Source: Callorhinchus milii (taxonomy: Eukaryota). Taken from it: DNA of 64,000 nucleotides. Where the stretch lies: the NCBI RefSeq assembly GCF_018977255.1, contig NW_024704743.1, positions 6,264,001 to 6,328,000 on the forward strand, in the 5' to 3' direction. Made by a program: the position numbers and the translations under genes. Below are positions 25,433 to 36,900 of this stretch, piece by piece (within the stretch, counting starts at the first letter, position 1; every line of letters begins with the position of its first letter). The notes under the pieces are model-generated. The model was not told the origin of the DNA. It searched no databases and saw only the letters and a list, made by a program, of their open reading frames with translations.

Positions 25433-28400
25433 TTACAACTGAGTAAATACATCAGGAACTTCATCGAAAGCGTTGTTCAATGGCATAGATGTTTCCCCAG
25501 AAGGAACTTGGAAACCTTCCTCTTCAAACAGTGATACCAGAGTGGACACTGTTGATTTTGGATCAAGAAATGTTACTAGTGGCACACTGACATTCTTTTC
25601 CTGGTGAATCCGATTCTGTATGGTCATTCCTATCATGGAATCAATGCCAAAACTGGAGAGAGTAGATTCTTTGGTAAAGTCTGTAGGATCTGTGTTGCTC
25701 ACTTCAGACAACAAGGTTATTATATACTGTTCAGGAGATATTGATGAGTCACTGACCACCACTTTGACATTTCCTTTGCTGATCTCTTCCTGCATAATTG
25801 AATGGAAACGTCTCCTGCTTGATGGGTTTTGGGAGAGATTAACATATATATTTGAGAAATCAAATTTACAGATTACTTGTTGTGGATTGTTCAGGGTCAA
25901 ACAACGTTCAAAGCTTTCAATGATTTCAGAAATTTCTATTGCCAAAATCCCTTTCAACTCCAGAAATTTCCGAACCTTGTCTTTATTGAGCAGCAGCCCG
26001 AGATTCAGTGCTCCCCAGTTCACAGATTGCCCCACAAGCCCATGGCATCGCCTAAAGTGGACAAAGTAATCAAGAAATGAGTTTGCTGCAGAATAGTTAG
26101 CCTGTAGAGATGTTCCAATGAATGAAGCAACTGAGGAAAAGCACACAAAGTACTCCAGCTGGAGGCCTTGTGTTGCATAGTGAAGATTCAAGACCCCAGC
26201 AATTTTGGGAACAAGAACCTTATCAAACAATGATTTATTTAGATCTTCAAAGAGTGAATCATGTAAGACCACAGCACTGTGAAACACTCCTTTAACAGAA
26301 ACCTTTGGGAAGGAGTGAAGAAAATTACTGATTGCTTTCTCGACATTTGACAGAGCTGAGATGTCACAGGCCACGCAAATGATCCTTGTCCCAATTTCAT
26401 TCTGTAGTTTGCTAAATTCCTCCTGCTTCTCCTTCGATGGAGAGCTCCTTGAAAGAACAAGAATATAGCCACCGCCATGGTTGGCAATGAATTTCACAGT
26501 TTCAAAGCCAAGACCGGTAAGTCCTCCAGCAACTATATACACAGCATCACTTTTAAAGAGCTGCTTTTGTCTGCAGTGCATTGGAATCTCTGACATCCTA
26601 GTCTTGGTGGTGCTCTTCAGAACTGCAATGGAGACACCTCTGCATGTAAAGTACGACTCATTCCTGCACTCAACCATGTCTGATATTCTTTGCTGGAAGA
26701 TCATTTTTGATAGATCAAAACGTTTCGTCCCTAAATACATTGTTCTCATCCATTTATAGATACGATTTGCAGATTTCATGAGATAGCCCTTTTGAAATAT
26801 ACTGGCTAACTGCAGAACATGAATACAGACATTGTCCTTTTCATTTTGGAGAATGTCTTGGGAAATATCAAGCATCTGCTTGTTGTCCAGGAGAACAACA
26901 ATATCCGAGCAGAAGAACCATTGACATATTTTGAAATAGAGGTTTTTTCAAAAGGTGGCAATAAAAGCAAAGCATCACAGTGAACAGGAATCTGTACAAA
27001 GTCATTGGAGTCTGGGTGAACCTGAACTCTCCAGCCAGACTCCCTGGCTGTCAGAGACAAGACTTTACTCAAACACGAATCAGGTATCATGGAAACAATT
27101 ACCAAGCGTTTCTGATGTTTGGGTTTTGGTAAGAGATTATGGAATATTTCCCATGCTATTGTGAAGTATGACACACAAGGGATCTCCTTCAGCAATGGTA
27201 CTTTCTTGCTTTTGAAACAAACAACAGCAGGAAGGCTGACATTTGAAGCTGCAGGAACCGGGTAACATGCAACAATATGATCTCCCACTTTACAACTCTT
27301 CACATCACTGCCAACAGCAGTGACTGTACCACTAAAGTCCAGAGCCACGAGATTGTGCCCACCAAACACACTTTTGCTCCAGTACAACGTCTTCCCATAG
27401 TTTAGATCAGAGACACTAACTGGGAAGTAATCCGCTGAATGCATGCAAATTGCATCCAATTCAATGTGTACACTTTGTTTTGTGGGTGCACTCATTTTGT
27501 TCTCTTGAGGTTTGGCATGCAAATCCACAACATTGTAAGGATCCATGATCTGGAAAAGGACATTTCCAAAACCAGAATAAGAAGTCCCACCATTGGTATT
27601 GTCTGAGATTATAAGGGATGTTCGTGTGATCGTGGAAGCATGCAACATTCCCTGGCTGATCATTACCTCAGGGTGGGTCACCCCATCAGACAAGACTATT
27701 ACATTAGCTAATGCTGCCATATCTGCATCACTGATAGAGCTGACATCAATGATCTGAAATAAAACCTCTGGAATTTCTGCATGCATGATCTCGTCATACC
27801 CCACAGGGCAAACCCTGGAGTAATTTGATCCACTGTTTTTTCAGATGTCCTGTATGTTATTACTCTAACAGATTTTGTGCCATTTTTCCCTCGAACTAAC
27901 TGAATGATCTGACGATAAATCTCACAGCAGCTACTGACCTCTTGCACCACTGCTGTGCTGGTCTGGTTAGTCAGGTTTACAGTCCCCCACAGGAAGAACA
28001 CCTCCTCATAGCTATTCAGGTTGCGGGCATTGTACTTTCTCAGAAGATCCACAACTTCTGTACCAGTGAAATTGTCATATTCCTGGTAAGGAATATATGT
28101 GGACTGACTGTGCAGGAACTTTTTGAGGCTTTCAGCCACTCCATAGTTATCACCAAACACGAGTGATCTTGGGCCAGAAGCAAGATTTTTGCCCTCTTGA
28201 AGGTGAGGAATTTCTACCCAGATACTTTCATAGAACAAATCATTGATTCCTCCTCCATTGTTCACGGTTAGAAATGTGGTTCTGATATTTTTCAGTTCGG
28301 CAATGATTATGCCCTTTGTATCTGTGAAGCCCCCACAGACCTCTAGATAATCTGGAGTGATTTTACTGATCCTCAGATACATCAGCATTTCTTGTTGTAA

Positions 28401-30998
28401 AGGGCGATGAATAACCAAGCTCCCTACAGATGTGGGGAATCCTATGGTGGAGACTGCAGACATCATTGTTACAACAGCAGCCATTTGTAGAAAATAGTCT
28501 AAAATGATTGGGTGAAAGGAGTATTGATGAATCTGTGACATGAGCTCTTCTGGTACTCTAATGCATGTTATAGCTTCCTTCAAATTCTCTCCATAGAAGA
28601 TATCCCCAAGTTGCCTAAAAACTGATCCATACTGAAAGCCCAAAGAAGAGAGTTCTTTATAGATGTCCTCTGGCTTTGCTTTCGATTTGCATCTTTGGAA
28701 AATTTGCTCAACCGAGATATTACTTTCATCAGTTACACACTCAGTGACCTGTAGAACCTCCCCTGTGGCATAAATGCCAGAAGTTGATAAAACACTAAAT
28801 TTGATCAGTTTATCTTCTCTGTTGAGGTGCACTTTGAGCTCAACTGAGTTCTGGTGGATTATACAAGGATTCAGAAACTTTGCGCTGATCCGGCACAAAG
28901 TGAGTGGTACCTTTGGTTCAATACTTGCCAGGACGGAAGCCACACCAAGTTCTACATGAAAGGCACCAGGAAGTATGGGCACTCCATTGTTTTTGTGTTC
29001 AGCTACATAAGGTACTGTCAATGTTGACAAGGTGAAGTTATATTCTTTGCCGTCCTTGCTTACACTAGAGAGTAGGGGGTGATGGGAAGAAACTACCTTG
29101 TCATTATCTTGCCTAAGTTCTTCAAAGTTTAATTCCTGCTTTGTGTGATCAAACACATAAGAAGGATAAACAGTGGGGAGAGTTTCACGACCAACATAGA
29201 CATTTTGCCAGTTGGGATTGTACCCGAGCTCAAAGAGTTTTGATAGAACCAATAGATGAGTTTCATAATCTCTGTCTGGCTGAACTGCAGGAAAAACTCG
29301 AGTTTGATTGCCTAGGATTTCTGTGATGTATCTTTGCAAGGCCCGTCTTGGACCTATTTCTACAAATACTGCGTCTTCAGCCTCTGCAGCAGCAGCTCTT
29401 ATCCCTTTTTCAAAGGCAACAGGATCTCGAATGTTCCGGGCCCAATATTTGCCTGTGAGAAAGTCATCTCCTGAAGCCACCTGACCTGTAACTGTGGAGA
29501 TAATCTTTGAGCGTGCTTCTTGTTCATGTAAGTTACCTACTTTCTCTTCTACCTGCTGTATGATTGGCTCCATCAAGTGACTGTGATAAGCTGCTGGAAC
29601 ATCTAAAATGCGAAGGAATATATTTTTGTCACCAAATGCGGTGGATAACTCTGTATACAGTTTGTCCACTGCACCGGCATCACCTGACACTGTGCAAGAG
29701 GAGGGACTGTTGAATGCAGCAATGCAGAGTCTCCCCGAATATGGAACAAGTCTGTCTGACACATTTGACACAGGCAAATTGCTAACAGCCAGCATTCTGC
29801 CTCCCGTTACTGTTGACTGCAATACACTTCTGTAGTAAATCACCTTTACAGCATCGTGCAAGGACAGTGTCCCAGCACAATGTGCTGCAGCAACCTCGCC
29901 AACAGAATGTCCAATCATAAGGTTAGCCTGGATTCCCCAAAACCCCAAAAGAGAAACCATTGCCACCTGAACAGCAAAGAGCAATGGCTGTGCTATCTCG
30001 GGTTTTGTGAAGTCATCATAGTCATTTTCAATTAAATCTATTAGATTGATGGGTGTGTGTAGTTGGAGAATTTTTTCTATCTCTTCAATCTGTGTCCTGA
30101 ACACTGGCTCTGTGTGTATAAGCAGTTTACACATCCCTCTATAGGCAACACCGTTGCCACAGAACACAAATACGATCTTTGGACTTGTCTTTATCCGAGC
30201 AACATCAGTAACTGTGGCTGATTTAAGCTGCTGCTGTAGGTGATTGAGGGAAGAAACTACAAAGGCTTTTCTGTATCTATAACTTGCGTGGCTTCTTCTA
30301 CAAGCAGATGTATATGCCAGACTATGGAAAGCGGTATCATCACTTTGATTTATTTGGTGACTTGTGTCTTTTATCATCATTTGAATTGATTTCTGGGAGG
30401 CAGCTGAAAGGACAAATATCTCCAGTGGTTTCTGTGCACAGTTGAGCCGGGCAAGCTGCTTGTACTGTCTCACCACTGCGTGAGCATTTGTTCCCCCAAA
30501 CCCAAATGAATTGACTCCTGCCATCCTACCCATCTCCCCACGCTTTTCCCAGTTTTCCACACTAGTTGGAATACGTAGATTCAAAGCCTTTGCATTGATG
30601 CTTGAATCCTCCTCTGTGTAGTGGAGGGATGGTACAATTTTGCCATGATGCATCATCAGGAGAACTTTGATTAAACCTGCGGCTCCTGCAGCTGACTCTG
30701 TGTGACCAACATTCCCTTTGACAGAGCCTATTATGAGCGGATCAGGGTTTGATGTCCTGGACTGACCAACAATGTGTGATATGCTGCCGGCTTCTGTAGG
30801 ATCACCAGCTGGAGTTCCAGTTCCATGAGCCTCCATGTACTGTATCTGGGATGGATCAACATACCTGTGGTAAATCCATTTCAACAGTTCTTCCTGCTGT
30901 GTTTGTGAGGGTCTGGTGATAGGTGTAACTGATCTGCCATCTTGATTGATAGCACTGTGCACTAGGACACCCCAGATTTGATCATTGTCTTTCAGAGC
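25433..30998 (-). CDS. pks1: PKS copy B terminal exon 6 (5.57 kb), mirror image of 547-6112
   Basis: Acceptor ttttAG|GCT at 30999/30998; ORFs 27708-30962, 26806-27804 and 25433-26875; same motifs as copy A. Confidence 0.9.
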
Positions 30999-33900
30999 CT
31001 AAAAATTGGATGAAAGAATAGAATTACATAATATTTCAGCACAAAAGGAAGCCATTTTATGTGGGTTCCTTACTGGACCTATGCACTCTAATCCCCTTTG
31101 CCCTGCTCAGTCCTATAAACTTGAAACTTATTTTGTTCAAATAATCCAGTCATTAGGATAAAATATTCAATTTTTTAACAATAATTTCTTCTTTGTTCTT
31201 GTATTATTTTGACATATTTCAAAATATGATCTTCTGTTTGGCACTCCGAAAGAGTACCCCGTCTTAAAATTTTCTTTAACTGCTCTCAGATCCATTCCCA
31301 TGTGAATGGTTCCATATAAAGCTAGTTGTTTAGTTTTGATATTGATTGAATGAATAACAATGATCTATAATATGTTTTGTTATGTGTTTGTGAGGGTCTG
31401 GTGATAGGTATAACTGGTCTACCATCTTGATTGATAGTACTGTGCACTAGTACACCCCAGATGTAATCACCAGAAAGTCCTCCATGGCCTCGCCCCACCC
31501 TACAACAACAACAACAGGATTGCATTGATAGAGCGCCTTTCATGTCGGGAGGACGTCCCAAGGTGCTGGACAGTTGGGTCGTGACCTGAGCAGGGGGGAA
31601 ATAGTCAGGATGAGGGCAGGGAAGAGAGGGAGCGAGGAGAGGGTAGAGAGTTGAGAGGGGAGGTGAAGGCACAGTTGAAGAGAAAGGTCTTGAGACCGGC
31701 CTTGAAGGAGGAAAGGGAGGAAGCAAGGCGAAGGCACTGGGGGATGGAGTTCCAGAGCCTCGGGGCTGAGAGGCTGAAGGCCCGGCTACCAATGGTAGGG
31801 TGGTTAAGGCGGGGGGAGTGGAGCAGACTGGAGCCAGAGGAACGGAGGGTACGGGCAGGTAAGTAGGGGATAGTAGGTCAGAGAGGTAGGAGGGAGCAAG
31901 GCCGTGAATGGCCTTGTAAGTGAGGATGAGGATCTTGAATTCGATCCTCTGGCGGATGTGGAACAGTGGAGGCGAGCGAGGGTGGGAGTGATGTGGTCGT
32001 GAAGCCTGGTGCGGGACAGTACACGAGCTGCAGAGTTCTGAATGACCTGCAGCTTGTGGAGGGATGTGCCGGGAAGGCCGACGAGGAGAGAGTTCCCGTA
32101 CCTCTGCGACCTACTAAACCCCTACCAACCCACCCACGCCCTCCGCTCAGCCAGATCCACGTCCCCCAACGGCAGGATAGCCTTCAGCCATTCTGCCCCC
32201 AATCTCTGGAATTCCATCCCCCAATCACTCCGCCTCGCCCCCTCCTTCGTCTCACCTCAAAACCCTCCTCTTTGACCATGCCATCGGTCACCCTCTTCCC
32301 CTCCCCTCTCTCTCCCTGACACCAGCTCAGGTCTGAAATGCTGCCCAGCGCCTTGGGACGTCGTCCCAACCTGAAAGGCGCTATACAAATGTAATCATGT
32401 TGTTTGTTGTCTTTCAATGCCTATGAAAGCGATGAAAAAATAAAATAAGAGAATGTTTAGATCACCAAAGGAAGCCAATAATAATAATAATAATAATCCT
32501 TACATTTGATATAGCGCATTTTACGTCGGGAGGAAGTCCCAAAGCGCTTCACAGAATATACTGTAAAGCGAATTGACTGTATATCTTTGGGCAGCCAATT
32601 GCGCACAGCAGTGTCCCACAAACAGTCGTGGATTGAAAATGACCAATTTATTATTGTTTTTGGTTTTGGAGGGATTATTATTAGGCTCTGTGTGGAGTAA
32701 GGAAACTTGCCCAAGGTTTCGACCTGCCGGGAATTGAACTCAGGTCTCTCACTTGCAAAGCGAGCGCTCTAACCACTGAGCTACAGGACTCCACAATATC
32801 TTCCTATTGCTACTAGACCCCAAATTCCTGTAGGGTCAAGGGATGATAACCTAGAAGTGCATCCTGTGTTTGAAAAGTGACAGGATGGACGAGTTCAAGA
32901 ATATGATTGAACAGTTGAACTGTGAACTCTAATTGGGCAATTCAGGTATCGGTAGCGCAGTAATGGTGAAAGAATATGAGACTGAGCAGTTCGACATCAG
33001 GTCTGGAGTAAGGCAGGTCTGTCCGCTATACCCCACCCAGTTTGTCTGCAGCATCGAACCCTTTCCTCAGGCCTCGAAATAATCCACACAGTTGGAGCAT
33101 GCCAAGCCCCTTAGGGGGAGAAGGTAGACTGAATTGGGAGGTACCCCGAGGGGACGACCGGCTACAAAATGCCTTGCCCCTGGTCTTGACCAACAACCAT
33201 CATGACATGGCCTGGCTGGCAAAAAAAGGAGCCCTCCACCTCAAGGTTTTCATGCACAGTCAAGGTCTGGGCCAGTCAGCAAGTTGCCCTCCAGTTGGCT
33301 GCAGAGGCCAGGAACCGTGGACCACCTCTTCCTGGAGTGTTGTTTCTCAAAGGCGGTTTAGAAAAAGATGGAAAGGAGACTCTCGCGGTTCATCCCTGGG
33401 GACCCACTGTCACGGGACTCGGTGCTGTACGGCCTCTTTCTGAGCACTCACTGCGAAACTAACATTGAGTGTGCCTGGAGGATCATAGACTCGATAAAGA
33501 AGGCCCTTTGTCTCTCCTGAAACCAGATGTTCTTCTGGCAGAATGAGAGCACAGTGAGGGCCTGCCTCAGGCTCGCGCACACTAGGATCAGGGACTATAC
33601 ACTGAGGGAGAAGTTGAAGTTCGGCTCAACCATGGCAAAGGCCAGATGGGGCCTAACCCTGGGAGGAGCTGCTCCGGCACAAACAACACAGGGCACACCC
33701 GCTGGGTAGCCCACAAGTGTACCCAAAACTGACTGAAGTAAGGGTATAGAAGGACGCTCGAGATGTAATCAGAGAATGTCCTGAAAATGTACGTACGGTA
33801 AACATGTGCTTGTATAGTGCACCTCAGGGAGCCACAAGGGGCCGGGTCTGGTGCATCTGGTAACGGGATAATAATATTTGGCATCTTTTCTGTGACAGGT

Positions 33901-36900
33901 TTGATACCGCCTGAGATAAGCGTAAATATATATCAACAAATAAATAGATATATCTTGTAAAATAAAGAGTATGACAATGGTTCTGTAGGAAACCTAGAGC
34001 AATAAATTCATGCAGTAGAGAGGATAATCTATAAATTGTAATTTGAACCTGGTTTCACACATGCAGCTCTGCAGAGAAACTAAATTATGCCCCTCGCCAC
34101 CTTACACATGCAACTGGATTTCTGCCACAGTCCCTTATCCACTTCCACGTCAAAATCTGATGCACATAAGTGGAAATATGGATAATCAGCATTCTACTAT
34201 ACTTATGGGACTTACTGTATAAATTCTTTTAGAAATATTCTACCTTTGCCAGTGGTTTCAACAGAAGAATTCCACATCCTTCTCCTCTCCCATACCCGTT
34301 AGCTTTCTTAGAAAATGGTTTGCACATTCCATCTGGAGAGATCATCTTTGCTTTACTGAGTGCTACATTGACACGTGGTTCAATGATGCAGCTCACTCCT
34401 CCACAAACAGCCATCTCACAGTCACCTGAAAGAGCGAGATGGGAATTTTGACCAGTGACTCTATATAAACAGTGCCAGCTAAATAACAGTGCTTTAGAGC
34501 GTTAATATGGATTATTATAAGATAATGATTTCTGCAATACGATAGAGGCATCGCTTTCGTCTGCTGTTTGTACATTTGTCACATTAGAATAGTGATAACT
34601 CACCTATAATTTGAGGTGCTGAAGCTTTATATAAAAACAATTACCTACCGGTTTCCCGCTGTCGGTGGCTGTATTTACCTGTCCCTACCAGTTACCTCCC
34701 ATGATGCTGTAAACTGTGCTTCATGATGTGTGTACAATGTATTGATGCAACCACAAAGGTGGTTTCTGGTACCTTGTTTGATGGCCTGAGAAGCGTAGTG
34801 TAGAGCGACCAGAGATGAAGAGCACGCTGTGTCTATAGCCAGTGATGGTCCAGTAAAGTTGAAGGTGAACGAAATCCTATTTGCAGCTATGCTCATTGCT
34901 GTACCAGTGCCATTATAATGGCTGATTTTGTTGGCTGAATTATTCATTATCGCTTCAAAGTCTCGATTCATGAGCCCTAAAGAAAAGGAAAGACACTGAA
35001 ACTGTTCTTTTGGAGTGATAACTTTAGTCTATTCTGAGGCAATATTGAGTGAGACTGTATTAGTGAATACAAGAGTAGAATCATTTAAATTTATGGCACA
35101 AAAGAAGGCCATTGTGTCTGTGCCGGCTCCCTCAAGAGCAATCCTTTCAGTCCCATTGGCCTGCGCTTCCCCCATAACTTTGTAGCTGACCCTTTTTAAG
35201 GTATTTGTCTAATTTCCTATTGAAGGCCAATATGGATTGTGCTCTGGGCAGAATTGTATCAGATCCTAACAACTGTGTGTGAAAAAATTCCTCCTTAACT
35301 CCCATTTGCTCATTTAATATCTTATATTGACGCTTTGAGGTGTCTCAACGACATGATAAGGCGCTATATCAAATGCAAGGATTATTTTTTAAATAATTTC
35401 TCCCTATTGACTATCAATCATCCGGATGAGGTTCCCCACCTCCTGCCTTGAACCCCTCTCCACCCAGCTGCTGGTCACTCAACTCTCCCACCTCTCCAAC
35501 CTGCTCGCCGATACGGTTAACCAGTCTCTCTCCTCAGGCTCTGTTCCACTCCCTTAAAACTGCTGTAATCACACCCCTCCTCAAAAACCCACCCTTAATC
35601 CCTATAATCTCTCACACTATAATCCCACTGTGGAGTCCTGTATCTCAGTGGTTGGAGCACCCGCCTTGTAAGCGAGAGAACTGGGTTCTATTCCTGTCAA
35701 GACGAAATGTTGGGCAAGTTTCCTTACTCCACACGTCTGTTTACCAAGCAGCAAGTAGGAACCCAGTTGTTAGCCGATTGGCAGATTACTTTTCCAGGGA
35801 TAATAATCCCTCAAGAAAATAAAACAAACCAATAATAATTTGGTCACTCAATTCACAACTGATTTTGGGACACTGCTGTACGCAATTGGCTGTCACGTTT
35901 CGCCCACAAATATACAGTTAATTCACCTTACAGTATATTCTGTGAATCACTTTGAGACGTCCAGAAGATGTGTAAAGCGCTATATCGAATGCAAGGATTA
36001 TTATTATTATTTATCAAACTGCTCAGAATTTTAAATACCTCTATCAGGTCACCCCGCATCATTTTTTGTTCCAGCAGAAAAGTCTAAGTTCCTCCAGTCT
36101 CTGCTCATAGAAAGAACCATTCATCTCCAGTATCATACTGGTATATCTCCTTTCTACTCCATTTATTCTCTTGATGTCTTTCCTAAAATGGGGTGACCAA
36201 TACTGAACACAATATTCTATTTATTGTCTAACTAACGCTTTATATAGGTTATCATTACCTCTTTGCTTTTTTATTCTATAGACCTATTCATAAAACCTAA
36301 GAATCAATTATCTTTTTTTGAAAGCTTTGTCAACCTGGGCATTGCTGTGTGCAGATTGGCTGCCACATTTGCCTATAAAATACACAATCACGACACATTA
36401 CAATAAATCTTGTGAAACTTTTTACAATTTCCACCCAACGCGAAATGGGTTACACAAATACAACGATTGCTATTGATATTCTCATGAAGTTCACCAAAAA
36501 TCTACTCCATCATAAAGTTCACCACAACCTCCCTTGGGCCAACAACCAAATGTGGTCCCCATCATCATTTTAATTGAAAATGAGTTCCAGCAATTAGATG
36601 ATGATGTAGTTATTATATGAATTATGATAAATATTTCATGAACTGACAAAATCACATGTGGTTCCAAAATTGGCTATTATGTTGGGCAGCGGGCACCTAC
36701 TCACCAATAAACACTCCTGTTTTACTCCCACTGAGATCCTCCTTGGGCATCCCTGCATTTTCGAGCGCTTTGTACGTGCACTCCAAGAGAAGCTTGTGTT
36801 GTGGATCCATGCAGTTGGCTTCTGTTTCATTTATGCCAAACAACTTATAATCAAATAAATTGAACCTATTAATTGCAAAGAAATATGAAAGTTTGTGTTA

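Larger units (their letters stand above)
19163..32150 (-). repeat. Right arm of large inverted duplication
   Basis: Reverse complement of 1-11835, with arm-specific L2 insertions at ~20791-21478 and ~31503-32098. Confidence 0.93.
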
